From Octopus sinensis (Eukaryota), in the NCBI RefSeq assembly GCF_006345805.1, contig NW_021834951.1, positions 2,287 to 66,286 of the forward strand: DNA of 64,000 bases. The letters run 5' to 3'. This document shows, in pieces, positions 1 through 13,396 of the stretch. How positions within the stretch are numbered: the stretch's first letter is position 1; each line of letters starts with the position of its first letter. The notes under the pieces were generated by a model, which was not told the DNA's origin, did no database searches, and saw only the letters and a list, made by a program, of their open reading frames with translations. Made by a program: the position numbers and the translations under genes.

Positions 1-1327
1 TATGTGTGTGTCGTGTGTGTGTGTGCGTGTGTGTTAGTATGTATGTGTGCTTGTGTACAAATGCACAGGCTATTTCAGGTGTGTGTGTGGTTGAAGTAGA
101 GGCAATAATATTAAACAAGTTGTCCGTGGTGAGATCGCACTAATAACAAGTATTACTATGTGCGGCTGTGTAAATGTAATCCAATGAGAATGTATTCGAA
201 ACAGTAGTAGTAGTAGTAGTAGTAGCAGCAGCGGTAGTGGTGGTGGTGGTGGTAATGGCACGGTGTGACAGAGAGAGAGGAAGAGAGAAATTCCAATTAA
301 ATGTAGACAGGTTCAAAACCAGGGTACGTTTACAATAGGACGGAAGAAGAACAACAACAACAATAACAAACAACGAAAGAAAGACAGAAGGAAATATATA
401 TATATATATATATATAAATATATATATATATAAAGAGTCGTGGGTAACGGCAGGGGAAGGGGAGTTGGGGGGTAGTTATAAAAGCAGGAAATCTATGGAA
501 GTAGTCCGAGTAAGGAATAACGAAGGTTTGCGCATATTGACAAACTGGTTCCTGTGCAACAAAAGAGGGGAAATAAAAAAACCACACACACTACCAGGGA
601 TTCTGTGGGATTTGAAGATATTCTGCAACTGTAGCGGAGCGTAACATAGCGCCGAAAATAACGAGAAATGGCGATGGTGGTGGTAGTGGCGGTGGTGGTG
701 GTGGTACAGAGAAAAAAACAGTAAGCGGAGAGAGAAGAGCAGGAAAGAAGGGCTGCCGGTGTTATACAACCATAATCTTTTATCTAATTCCACTGGGGGT
801 TCTCTCGCTCTCTCTCACTCTCTCTGACTCTCACTCTCACTCAAGACACCCTCTCACTTTACTCCGTCTCTCACTCACCGTTCTCACTCATTCACACGCG
901 TTACTACCTCCGCGTCCCCCTCCCACCACTCTCCTCCGGCACACCACACAACTCTTCCTCTTCCTCCTCCGCCTCCTCCTTTCTCATTGGTCGACTTCCC
1001 TCCTTTCACTCTCTCCCTCCCTCCCTCTCTTCCCATTCACCTAGCAGACGACAAAAACTATAGCTATGTAATCGCCTCTGAGTGCGCGTGCGTGACTGTG
1101 CGTGTGCGTGTGTGCGCGTGAATGTGTATATGTGTATGTGTGTCGCTTCAGGAAGAACATGTATATGTGATAGCCGTGCGTGTGCTTATGTAGAGGTGTC
1201 ACTTTGAAACTAAAGTGTGTGTATGTGTGTATGTCACCTCAGGAATGTATGTATACACACACACACAACACACATATATATATAATACACACACATATAT
1301 ATATATACACACGCATATATATATTAT

Positions 1328-1369
<42 letters not shown>

Positions 1370-1841
1370 TGTATGAGTGCGTATGAGTATGTCATTTAAG
1401 GAAAGAAAATGTGTGTGCGTCGCTGTGTAAATGTGTGTGCGCGAGTGCGAGCGTCGCTGCGTGTGTGTGTGTGTGTGTGTGGTGTGTTTATAACAATGTT
1501 GCTATATGTCGTTTGTCAGGCAATGAAATCACTTAACACGGAACTTCGGGTGGATTCCGGGTGACAATAGTTCATTTTTGGTTCCTGGGTGGCAGAATTT
1601 GGTAGCGTTACAGCTATTTTTACACAACGAACGGGTGTGTGTGTGTGTGTGCGTATGTTTATGTGTGAGAGAGAGAGAGGGGGGCGGAATGGAGTGCCAC
1701 ACTGGGCACCCGGCTTGAAGAGTTTCGCCGACCAGTGTCTTTTTGTCGGGTACCACCGATATTATCAATCTTTCCTTCTCGGACAGGGTTACGAGGGCAA
1801 AAAACTTAACAGCAATTTAAACATATGCATGTAATACTTAG

Positions 1842-2140
1842 GTGTGTGTGTGTGATGTGTGTGTGTGTGTGATGTGTGTGTGTGTGAGAGTGTGTGTGTG
1901 TGAGTGTGTGTGTGTGTAATGTGTGTGTGTGTGAGTGTGTGTGTGTGTGTGATGTGTGTGTGTGTGTGAGTGTGTGTGTGTGTGATGTGTGTGTGTGTGA
2001 GTGTGTGTGTGTATGTGTGTGTGTGTGAGTGTTGATATGCACATACAGACATACATATTTATGCATCTGTGTGTACGTACGTATATATGTGTGTGTGTGT
2101 GTATGAATATATATGTATGTATGTATGTATGTGTGTGCGT
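1842..2140. repeat. (TG)n/(TATG)n compound microsatellite
   Basis: Long interrupted TG repeat seen directly; representative of dozens of (TA)n, (TG)n, (GA)n, (TAG)n and (TAA)n tracts in the window. Confidence 0.95.
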
Positions 2141-2378
2141 AAATATGGCCCTCAACCGCTAATGGCTTTAGGAAGGTGGACACCACAGTTCAGAGGATGC
2201 GTTGAACGTCGGCGGAGTTGTGTGTATGCACAAACGCACACATATACACATGCACACACAGACATACATGCGTATATAAGCAAATATATATACACCTGTA
2301 TATAGGTTTATACAGTTATGTCGGCGTGTGTGCATGCATCTGTGAATATCTGTTTATCTACCTCTCTCTCACTCTCTC

Positions 2379-2432
<54 letters not shown>

Positions 2433-2617
2433 TTAATGTCAACATATGTGCATGTGTGTGTGTGTGTGTGTTCACTGTATCAAACGTACGCAAGTCTGTC
2501 AATATTTCCATTATTCAAAATATTTTTTAATATACTTTACAAAACTTACATTAATATGTGTGTGTGTTCATGTATGTATGTATGTATATACATACATATA
2601 CATATATATATATATAT

Positions 2618-2676
2618 ATCAAAAGAAAAACAGGATGCAAAGGATTTAACGGTACATATGTTTCTGGCCTTTATTA
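2618..2676 (-). mobile_element. 5'-truncated copy of the HHR-bearing element at 36955-37175
   Basis: atcaaaagaaaaacaggatgcaaaggatttaacggtacatatgtttctggc is nearly identical to 37029-37079. It keeps only the GAAA-CATATG-TA half of the hammerhead and is flanked by (TA)n. Confidence 0.8.
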
Positions 2677-2939
2677 CCGGTGTACCCAACTATATATATA
2701 TATATATATACATGTACACACACACACACACATATATATATATGCAAATATATTTATATACACGTGCATATATATATAGAGTGGGGGAAAGACAGACATA
2801 CAGACGGACACATGCATATATTTGAATGTACATTCGCGTGTTTATACATGGATGAATATGCACACACACACACACACACGCGCGTGCAAAACGAGTCAAC
2901 AGCATATATGTACATCAACTTTACGAGGGTATTTCCACT

Positions 2940-3145
2940 TGCATTGTTCCCCTTCATCGGTTTTATTTCTCTTTCCGCTTCTCTTTTCACTCCCCACTTT
3001 AATACGAAGAAGAAAATATGTCCGAAACGTCAAACACTTCATTCCACCTCACCACACATACGCGTTTCTCTGACCATCAAAAACAATAATCTTCCTTGCG
3101 AGTATGTCCGGTCTTCTGCTGTCTTTCTCCTTCTTTTATTTTTAT
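2940..3145 (+). mobile_element. Degenerate copy of the short minimal-HHR element family (cf. 31640-31790, 60798-60985)
   Basis: ttt-aatacga-...-cgaaacgtcaaac ... ccatcaaaaacaataa parallels ttt-ctgacga-...-cgaaacgtcaaac ... gcgtcaaaccaataa at 31682-31747. The core and stem II are decayed. Confidence 0.45.
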
Positions 3146-3425
3146 ACCTCAAAGACATGGGTCAACTTTATTCTGCGACTGGCGCTTCTGATTTTAATAT
3201 CGATATTCACCGGATAACAAGAGCAACAACAACAACAACATTTATTCACCGATTAAAAGAAGATGATTTTGATGAAGGCAGTTTCTGTAACATTAAATAC
3301 GTGTCTGGCCTTTTTTTTTTTTTAGTTTATCAAAGTAAAGGAGACACACATGAACACCGCTTGCACACACGCACACATATTACATTCTCCATTCTCTGCA
3401 TATCTCATGTATATATATTATATAT

Positions 3426-3478
<53 letters not shown>

Positions 3479-4004
3479 GAGTGTTCGTCCACTTGTTTTT
3501 TAAGTCCCCGTTCGTCATCGATTTATTTGTGTGAAAGTGTCTTGCACGGAAGAAAGTACCATCTAACGTTGTGGTGTGTGTGTGTGTGTGATTTAATTGA
3601 CTGGCAGTGCTACAATTAAGGTGTGTCGTTAATTGCACCATTAGGAATAAATATTATTAAAAAAAAAACAAAAAAAACTGCTCCATCTTCCCACCCGCCT
3701 CCTCCTCCTCACCATCTTTATACACCTGAGAACAGAAAAGAAAGCGAAACGAAATTGAAAGCAAAGCAAAACAAACAAAAAAAATTAATGAATAATTAAT
3801 AAGTTAAACGATGATGATGATGATGATGATGATGATGACGGTGGTGATTTCTTTTGTAATGTAGATAAATGTATTATAGTTCTCGCCCCACCCCCACGCC
3901 CCATACTCCGCCATCACGCACGTTGGGAAGCTGCAGACATTGAGAGACTGTGTAGTAAACAAGTGTTCTGTAGTAGTAGTAGTAGTAAGAAGATATATTG
4001 TTGT

Positions 4005-4200
4005 TGTTGTTGTTGTTTAGCCCGAGGCCAGCTCCGACTGAGCAGGCCTGTTCCTTTTAGTTAGACGCGTCCCAACCGTGTCCACCCCCCACATTTTATC
4101 TAGATCAACGAGACTCGTGCATATCGCCGTGTACCTTCTAGGTGTGATTCAGGGGGAACAATCGCTGCTATGTCTAGCAGGTTGTACGACTCCAAACAGG
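4005..4200 (-). mobile_element. Degenerate SINE-like repeat (family E) with (CAA)n tail
   Basis: Shares gctat(t/g)tctagca and the ttgttgtttagccc/agcctc end with 59170-59312 and 62548-62716. Confidence 0.5.
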
Positions 4201-5206
4201 CCTGTTGTTTGTTCTATCAAAACATCACCGTCCCCAATGATCCCTTTATATTTTCAGGGGTCACTCTGGTGGGGAGGAGAGAGAGAGGTATACTCATGTA
4301 GTAGACCCAGTAACTAAGGGCCAGAGGGTCGAGGGACCTGGGCATTTCAGAGCAAAAGAAGGCCGAAATACCACGAGGTATTTTGCCCACCGATCTACGG
4401 CTATGGGCTGGTACTTCTGTATCTGATCGGCACCGATCGGATGGAAGGTAAAGTGGATTGCGACAGACCTAGGGCTAAACAAAAAAAAAGCGCGGTGGTA
4501 ACAGTAGCAGCGCTTGATGGAGAGATGTGGTCGTCGTTTCGAATCACGCTGGGGGTAACAGAAGTGGATTTCCCTTACCAAACACGCCGCCACCGCTACT
4601 ACCACCACCACCACCACCACCACCACCAACAGCTGTAGTAGTAGTAGTGTAGTAGTAGTAGTAGTGGTAGTGGTAGTAGTAGTAGTAGTAGAAAGAGAAG
4701 AGGGGGGATCAGAAGGGTTGAACAAAGCAATCCAGCCAACACCGCACCGCCCTCACCGCCTCCTCTCCCCCTCCATAGCAATGTTATGTAAAACTGTGGT
4801 GGCGGCGGTGGTGAGAGTAGGAAGAGGAGGTCGTAAGACGGGGAAGTACGAAGCCAGAAATGTGAGATGGGGGGGGGAGTTGTGGAGGTGGCGGGAAGAG
4901 AAGGCGGTGTAGGATATCAACGTTCTTTCTTTCTCTTCCGTATTGCCTCCTACCCTCACTATCTCTTTTCCTCCTCCTCCACCTTTACCTCCCAGCAGCA
5001 GTTGAGTGGAAGACGGGAGGAGGGGGGGAACACACGCATTCTGGCGAATGTCTATAAACATACAAACACACACACGTGTGTGTGTGTGTGTGTGTATAAT
5101 AATATGTGTATGTGTGTGTGTGTGTATAATAATGTGTGTGTGTGTGTGTTTATGCGTAGAGACACAAACAGTAAGATTAGATAAAGAAGTTTGCCACTGA
5201 ATAGAA

Positions 5207-5240
<34 letters not shown>

Positions 5241-5402
5241 ATAGGTACACACAGAAGCATGCTTGTACAGTCGGTACCAATTAGAGTTGAGGGTTCGTTC
5301 CATTTACATTTCCCGTTCCCGAGTTCGAATCCTGCCAGCAGACTTTGTCCGTAGTAAACCTACATTTAACAACTAACGTACGCACCGTCTACATGCACAC
5401 GT

Positions 5403-5441
<39 letters not shown>

Positions 5442-5648
5442 ACATATTTTTTCTTTCTCCGTGTGTGTGTGTGTTCGTGTGTTCATGTGTGTGTGTGAGA
5501 GAAAGAGAGAGAGAGAGGGGGTGGCATGTGTGAGGGTGTGTGCTTTAATTGGTAGAGAGTTACAAAACTTTTAAATTTTGCTGAGAGTAAAGTGTTTTAG
5601 TTCTGTTGTTCCTGGTTCTACCAAATCTGTCAATCTGTCTACCAAGAA

Positions 5649-5803
5649 GGTGCAGGAGTGGTAAGTAGCTTGCTTACCAACAACATGGTTCCGGGTTCAG
5701 TCCCACTGCGTGGAACCTTGGGCAAGTGTCTCCTACTTATGGCCTCGGGCCGACCAAAGCCTTGTCAGTGGATTTGGTAGATGGAAACTCAAAGAAGCCA
5801 GTG

Positions 5804-5861
<58 letters not shown>

Positions 5862-6049
5862 TATGTATGTATGTATGTATGTACAAATATATATATAATA
5901 TATATGTATGTATGGATATGTACAAATATATATATATATATATATGCATATATATTATATATATATATATACTTATATACATACTTACATACACACACAC
6001 ATACATACATACATACATATATATATATATATATTTATATAATAATATA

Positions 6050-6083
<34 letters not shown>

Positions 6084-6280
6084 TATATATACAGGACGGC
6101 TTCTTTCAGTTTCCGCCTCCCAAATCAACTCACAAGGCTTAGGTCGGCCCGAGGCCATGGTAGAAGACACTTTGTGTCTGCATTTGTCCCCTAACCATCG
6201 CTTGAGAACCGATGTTGGTGTGCTTACGTCCCCGTAACTTAGCGGTTCGGCAAAATAGTCGATAGACACTGGTTTTAAGC
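5649..6280 (+). mobile_element. tRNA-derived SINE family A with expanded internal microsatellite and nested inverted fragment
   Basis: The 5' half (ggagtggtaagtagcttgcttaccaac...ggttcagtccc, 5649-5805) and 3' half (6173-6280) match the full copies at 22195, 53077 and 59828. There is an antisense fragment at 6095-6172. Confidence 0.85.
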
Positions 6281-6349
6281 TGTTTTCTTATTTGCATCGC
6301 CAACGCGCGCGCGCACAGACGGACAGACAGACGTATGTGTGTATTTGTT

Positions 6350-6710
6350 TCTTTTATTCTCTTATTTGTTTCAGTCATTTGACTGCGGCCATGCTGCAGC
6401 ACCGCCTTTAGTCGAACAAATCGGACCCCATGACTTATTCTTTGTAAGCCTAGTACTTATTCTATCGGTCGCTTTTTGCTGGACCGCTAAGTGACGGGGA
6501 CGTAAACACACCAGCATCGATTGTCAAGCGATGGTGGGGGACCAGACAGACAGACAGACACAAACATATATACGATGGGCTTCTTTTAGTTTCCGTTTAC
6601 CAAATTCACTGACAAGGTTATAGTAGAAGGCACTTGCCCAAGGTGCCACGCAGTGGGACTGAACCCGGAACCATGTGGTTGGGAAGCAAATTCTTTTTAC
6701 TACACAGCCT
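6350..6710 (-). mobile_element. SINE family A
   Basis: Reverse complement of the family A sequence (tttcagtcatttgactgcggccatgctg ... ccatgtggttgggaagc). Confidence 0.9.
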
Positions 6711-6729
6711 GAGCCAATGGACATTTTTT

Positions 6730-7078
6730 GTCTTATTTGTTCCAGTCATTTGACTGTGGCCATGCTGTAGCAACGCCTTGAAGAATTTAAGTAGAATGAA
6801 TCGACCCCACTACATATTCTATCAGCCTATTTTGCCGAACCGCTAGTTTACGGGGACGCAAACACACTAACACCGGCTGTCAAGCGGCAGTGAGGGACAG
6901 ACACAGAAATATATACATATATATGACGAGCTTCTTTCAGTTTCCGACTATCAAATCCACTCACGAAGCTTTAGTCGGTCCGAGGCTATAGTAGAAGACA
7001 CTTGTCCAAGGTGTCACGCAGTGGGACTGAACCCAGAAACACGTGGTTGGGAAGCAAGCTTCTTACCACACAACCGCG
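6730..7078 (-). mobile_element. SINE family A
   Basis: Second antisense copy in tandem with 6350-6710. Confidence 0.9.
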
Positions 7079-7641
7079 TCTACACACACACACACACACA
7101 CACGTAAGTATATAACTAACAGCGCAGCAGTCATTCGCAAGCGATGATGACTTGGAAAGCTTCTTAATGGATTCTGCTAATTGTTTTCGGTGTCTGAGCT
7201 GTGGAGAGAGCGTTGACACTCTCTCGCGAACTAACGCACACACACACACACACTCTTTATCTGTGACACACACACACACACATTATGTACGTCTGCAGGC
7301 GCACTATCGGACTAGCGTCAACAGATTGCAATCACCATGTCCCAGGTTCGGTCACATCGCACGGCATTTTGGGCCGAGTGCCGTTTTCTACAACCTCGAG
7401 TTAACCCACATTGAGCAGATGGAAACAGTAAAGAAGCCCTCCCAGCCCCCTTGGGTGGATTGTAATCGGAATTCAAAAGGCACCGCTTTGTCGCTCAGTG
7501 CAACACAATTTCTGCTAGAGAATTATATGAAAGGAAGATGTGTCAGAGGTATATTCAACCACTTAGACGTTAATTCCGTTGACTGTACCACAGACTCCGT
7601 ATCGTCAAAATACGGAAATCCAACGCACACACATATCAATA

Positions 7642-7676
<35 letters not shown>

Positions 7677-8074
7677 TAAACACATAGGTGCACATATCTG
7701 TGCATACACACACGTGTGTGTGTACAAGTGCAAGGGCCATTGCACATCGCTCGCGTCCCTATGCATGCGAGTGGGTGTATATATACATTATAAATATTAC
7801 ACATACACACCACATATATATATACACACGCGTACACACATGTTAGAGTACCGCATTGAAAAGTTTAGTCGAAAAAGAGAGACGCCATTTTAGTGATCTC
7901 TTAGGTCGAACAGCCAGGTTACGGGAACGTAAACAAACCAACTCAGGTGTGTGTGTGTGTGTGTAACGCATGCGCTGTGTTACCGGCGTAAAACGGAGGA
8001 AAAATTTGCTGAGCAAATTGAAATTGCAACGATACCTTTTATTTTTATTTTTGCGTCCGTAAATTCCTAAGAAT

Positions 8075-8372
8075 GGAGGCACATGCCTTAGTGGTTAGAG
8101 TAGCGGACTGGTGGGTTCGAATCTCAGACCGGGCGATGTGTGTGTTTATGAGCGAAGCACCTTAAGCTCCACGCGGTTCCGGCAAAAGGTAATGGCGAAC
8201 CTCTGCTGACCCTTTCGCCGCAACTTTCTCTCGCTCTTTCCTCCCGCATCTAGCAGCTCACCTGCGGCAGACCGGCGTCCCGTCCAGGTGGGGTACCTGT
8301 ACGCTAATGAAACCAGGAAGCCAGCCCTTATGAGCCAGGCATGGCTTGAGAAGGAACAAACAACAACAACAA
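8075..8372 (+). mobile_element. tRNA-derived SINE (family D1), (CAA)n tail, central domain resembling the MetaSINE type
   Basis: A-box-like ccttagtggttag, B-box ggttcgaatct, central gaccggcgtcccgtccagg...gaaaccagg and tail aacaacaac. The flanks repeat aaattc(c/t)taagaa (probable TSD). The Meta-domain similarity is from memory. Confidence 0.8.
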
Positions 8373-8479
8373 ATTCTTAAGAAATCCCTAAAGTAGGGTG
8401 TGGAGGAGGGGAAGTAACAAACATGGAACCTAGGAAAAATTTATTAGAAACTTTTTACTTTTTTTTATTAAATTTTTAT

Positions 8480-8820
8480 CTTTTACATGGCCTAGTCATT
8501 AGACTGCGGCCTTGCTGGAGCACCACTTTGAAGGCTTTGTAATTGAACGAATCGACCCCAGTACTTATTTAATTAAAGCCTGGCACTTACTCTACCGGTC
8601 TCTAATGCCGAGCCGCTACGTTACAGGGACGTAAACTAACCGACACCGGTTGTCAAGTAGTGGTGGAAGACAAAGACACACACACATATATGCATATACA
8701 AACGAAGGGCTTCTTTCAGTTTCCACCCAACAATTCCACTCAAAGATAGAAACCATTTGTAGGACTGAACGAAGAGTCATGTGGCTGCAACGCAAACTTC
8801 TTGCCATGTAGCTACGCCTA
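8480..8820 (-). mobile_element. Degenerate SINE family A
   Basis: gtcattagactgcggccttgctggagcacc ... ggcttctttcagtttcc matches family A antisense. Confidence 0.75.
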
Positions 8821-9289
8821 CACACACACACACATATGTATATATGTGTGTGTATATATATATATCATACGTGCGTGTGTGGTTACATGTAAGTCTGCGT
8901 GTGCATATATACTTTTACTCTTTTATTGAGGGTCAATTGCTAAGCAGTGGCCATGCTGGAGTTCATCTTGAAGGATTTTTTTTCAACCGATCACTCCGAC
9001 CCTACCACGTACTCGAGACTGGCACCTGTTTCTTTTTTTTATCATTTCCTATTTGTGGAATTGTTAATTCACAGGCATAAAATGGCACAAGGCAAACAAC
9101 AAGTTCGGTTTGTACCTGTGCCAAAACAGTTTTTTTTTTTTCGTTTGACGTTAAAAAAGTCAAATACCTTGTACAGAGTAACATCGTGATTCTGCAGAGC
9201 ATATAACAGAGAGGAGACGTTTATTAGATCGCCGCGGCGAAACTCTGTATTATGCAGTTGGGTTGAAAAGTCAGCTTCGCTTTGCTGCT

Positions 9290-9671
9290 GATGTTGAGCG
9301 AAGCGGTCTTCTTCCCAGGGCTTGCATGATCGCGCCTCTGTAGTGGGAGAAGTCCGAAACGTGGTCCTTTGCTATTCGTAAGACCTGCAGAAGAGAAAGC
9401 AGGTCAACCCCCGACGCCGAGAGCATCGTCGGATGGATGAATGCGCATCCAGGCTCAGCGGTTGCGTAGGAAGTCGGGGATCAAGAAACAGGAAGAAAGA
9501 GTGAGAGGAAGTTGGAGCGAAAGAGTACAACAGGGGTCGCCACCACGCCCTGCCGGAGCCTCGTCGAGCTTTTAGGTGTTTCCGCTCAATAAACACACAC
9601 AACGCCCGGTCTGGGAATCGAATCCGCGACCCTCCGACCGTGAGTCCGCTGCCCTAACCATTGCGCCTCCA
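9290..9671 (-). mobile_element. tRNA-derived SINE (family D2) with 14-bp target site duplication
   Basis: The minus strand begins ggaggcgcaatggttagggcagcggactc...ggattcgattcccagaccgggcg, the same head as the 8075 copy but with a different body. TSD ttcgctttgctgct at 9276-9289 and 9672-9685. Confidence 0.9.
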
Positions 9672-9939
9672 TTCGCTTTGCTGCTCATTAATAAGTAGTG
9701 GTTAGTATTGAGTCGATACCCATCATCGATGTGTCTGTACGTATAGACAGACAGACAGACAGACAGATGCTGGTATATCTGTGTCCTTTACTGCTTTTAT
9801 TGATTTCTCATTTATACTGCCCCACCGCGCCGTTCCCCGATCTGTTCTCCGATATCATCGCACCACATCCAAGACATCGAAATCGTGTCTTCTCGCGTTT
9901 TGCTTTCTGTTTTCTGTCGAATAAAAAAATAACACTGGC

Positions 9940-10500
9940 TTCAAACTTTGTCACAAAGCTAGCAATTTCAGAGGTGGGGGCGTGAGTCGGTTACGTTGAC
10001 CCCGGTATATGACTGGTACTTAATCTATCGAACCGAATGAATGAAAGGCAAATTTCTTCCGTCATTACCCAGAACATAAAGACAGAACAAATGATGCCAC
10101 CAATTCTGTCAGCTCGCTGCCCTGAGAGCAATAATAATTCTTCCTATTAAAGGCAGAAGGGTTGAGATCTTGTAGTGAGGGGGGGGGCTAGTCGATTACA
10201 TCGACCCTAGTACTTGACTGGTATCTAATGTTATCTACCCCGAGAGGATGAAAGAGCAAAGTCGACCTCAACGGAATTTGAACTGAGAACGTTGTGACGG
10301 GCGAAATAGCGCTAAGTATTTCGTCCAGTGCGCTAACCATTCTGCCAGCTCGCCGCCCATTTTTAATAATAATAATAATAATGGTTTCAAATTTTGCCAC
10401 AAGGGCAGTAATTTTGGGGGGAGGAAATGAGTCGATTACATTGACACCAGTGTTTCATTGATACTTGATTTATCGACCTCGAAAGGATGAAAGTTGACGT
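9940..10500 (-). mobile_element. Cluster of three SINE family B copies/fragments
   Basis: Repeated gtcgattacatcgaccc...actggtact...ggatgaaaggcaaagtcgacc...atttgaact motif at about 9940-10125, 10145-10360 and 10385-10500. Confidence 0.85.
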
Positions 10501-10526
10501 CGAACAACAAAAACAACAACAACAAC

Positions 10527-10566
<40 letters not shown>

Positions 10567-10567
<1 letters not shown>

Positions 10568-11060
10568 GCCAATAAACCAGATATTGTTGTGAAAGACCAA
10601 AACAATAAAGTTTGCTTATTGATCGACATGAGCATCCCCTGTAATCATAATATCTCAGCGAAAGAGTTTGACAAGCTCAGAAAATATAAAGACCTGCTCA
10701 TTGAAATTGAGAAAACGTGGCATCTCAAGGTGGTTACAATACCAGTGATCGTAGGAGCACTAGGAATGATCAAGAAGGGAACCGAAAATTATATGAGAAT
10801 GATCCCTGGCTTACCATCCCTGCAAGAAGTGCAAAAGATTGTCTTAACTGGTACATCACACGTATTGAGAAGAGCATTGTCGATGTGAGAATTATTACTA
10901 CCCATGTATTTTAATTTAACCTTAAAAAAAAATAAAATGAACGAACTATTGAGTCTAGTTTAATGGCCTACCAATGTATACTATGAGTTTCTTTGCCCTA
11001 GGAGTCGGGAAGACACCCGGCAAGAAATGGAAGCAAATTTGAAAGAAGAAAAAATAAAAG
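10567..11060 (+). mobile_element. 5'-truncated R4/Dong-like non-LTR retrotransposon (restriction-like endonuclease C-terminus plus 3' UTR)
   Basis: 10568-10888 reads ANKPDIVVKD...LIDMSIP...KLRKYKDL...PVIVGALG, a PD..D RLE motif typical of R4-clade elements. It is flanked on both sides by (AAT)n, the known Dong target. Confidence 0.88.
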
Positions 11061-11518
11061 ATAATAATAATAATAGTCTCTACTATAGACACAAGGCGTA
11101 CAATGTTAGAAGCGAAAGGCCGGTCAAACTGCATTGACTTTACTGTGTAAGTCTCGCGAACCATGACGGACAAAAAAATAAAACTGACGACCGCGGGATT
11201 TGAACTTTAAACGTAAAGGCACTTTTTTTGCGAGCACTCAACTGATTCTATTTACAACAGTAGAAGCGATTAAGGTGTCTATACATAGGTATATAGACAC
11301 ACACACGAACACAGACATACGCACATGCATACACAAAAGTACTTTACACACACATACATACATACATACATACGTACACACACACACACATACATACATA
11401 CAGGTATAGAGAGAGATTCACGCACACAAGTCTGAGAGTAACGACTTTCATACACATGAAATTATGTAAGCGAAACACAGCAACTTCACACAAGTACGCG
11501 AACACACACCACACACAC

Positions 11519-11587
<69 letters not shown>

Positions 11588-11981
11588 ATTATATATACAT
11601 ACAAACGCGCGCAAATATATATATACATGAAAATAGAAATGCAATTCTGGTACGCGTGTTTATTGTATTGTCTTATGTTCGTGTTTATACACACACACAC
11701 ACAAACACATATATATACCCATACACATTATACACACCACCGCTGCTACCATTGAACAGTAGAATATTGAGCGAGAGTGGGTGGCCGACATCACAAACCA
11801 TTCATGTGGAAAATGGAAAACAACGCATTACAACTTTAATTGCTTACATTAACTACACACACACACACACACAATGCATGCGTTTGTGTGTGTATATATA
11901 TAGTGTGTGTGTGTGTGTGTGTGTGTGCATGCGGAGACTACATTATATGCCCCCCCACCCTATATATATATATCTACACAC

Positions 11982-12016
<35 letters not shown>

Positions 12017-12254
12017 TTATATATATACACTTACATGTTGTATGTATGTATGTATTATGTATGTTATAATATATATATATATATATAATATATATATATA
12101 TATATTATATATATGTATATATATGTATATATATATATTTGAACGTATATATATATATATATCTATATATATAAGCGAGAAAATAAGGACTCAATACTTT
12201 TAGTGAGAATCGGAAACTATAACTCCCAGCAGCGACTCAAACACACTTTTGTAT

Positions 12255-12530
12255 GTGTGCATGTATACATATATATGTATATATGTATGTATACATACAT
12301 ATATGTATATGTGTGTATGTATGTATACATACATATATTGTGTATGTATGTATACATACATATATGTGTGTATGTATGTATACATACATATATATGTGTA
12401 TGTATGTATACATACATATATTGTGTATGTATGTATACATACATATATATGTGTATGTATGTATACATACATATAGTGTATGTATGTATAGCATACATAT
12501 ATATGTGTATGTATGTATACATATATATAG
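12255..12530. repeat. (TATG/TACA)-based ~26-28 bp minisatellite
   Basis: Repeated unit tgtgtatgtatgtatacatacatatat. Confidence 0.85.
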
Positions 12531-12570
<40 letters not shown>

Positions 12571-12795
12571 CATATTAGAGGGAAACCACTATATGGACAC
12601 CCTTATGCTAGAAATAGATCTGCTATGGATATATATATATATGTATGTATGTGTGTGTGTAGAGAGAGAGAGAGGTCTACGAACACACCACCATACATAT
12701 ATGCATAGGTGAAAGCAGATACAGTGCGCGCCTGCGTGTTTATACAATGATGCGTGTGTGTGTGAAGATATACGCATCTCTCCCTCCCTCCCTCC

Positions 12796-12826
<31 letters not shown>

Positions 12827-13396
12827 GTGTGTGTGTGTGTGTGTAACGTTGCGGGTGTGCAATGAAAGTGCAAGAGAGCGAGCGAGAAAGAGGTGTGTGT
12901 GCGTGCGTGTGTGTGTGTGTGTGCGTGCGTGTGTGGTGAACGGCATCAGCTGTCGTCGGCCGTCTTCTCTAAAGTGTACAGCAATACTACAAGTAGGAAG
13001 AAAGTAGAAGGTGAAACGGAAGGAAGAGGGGGAAACGCTTAGACGAGAACAGGGCTTGTTTAAACGCATTACCTCCACTCCACCACCACCACGGAGAGGG
13101 CGACGGAGGAGGAGTAGGGGCGGGCACAACCAGGTGGTCGATTCATTTGCTAGAAAAAGCAGCCATAACACCCTAACGTCTTTAAGGAAGGGCTTCTGTT
13201 TTTTTTTGTTTTTTTTTTCGTACAATGCTTTTTTAAAGTTTTACTCGTTTCAGGCACAGGTCCTACGGCCACGCTGGAGCACTGCTCAGAAGAATTTTCG
13301 TCGAACTAATCGGCAATGGAGTCTTTGATAGCGTCCCCGAAAAAAAACAGACGTGATAGTCATGCTTGGAACGTCTTTGCTGGATGACAAGAATTA

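Noticed and set aside
470-490. TATA box (ttataaaag) as a promoter
   Set aside because: An isolated short motif with no supported downstream gene; expected by chance.
3157-3340. Possible exon starting MGQLYS (myristoylation-like) after a pyrimidine tract
   Set aside because: The tract appears to be the tail of a decayed repeat, there is no convincing donor, and the peptide is unrecognisable.
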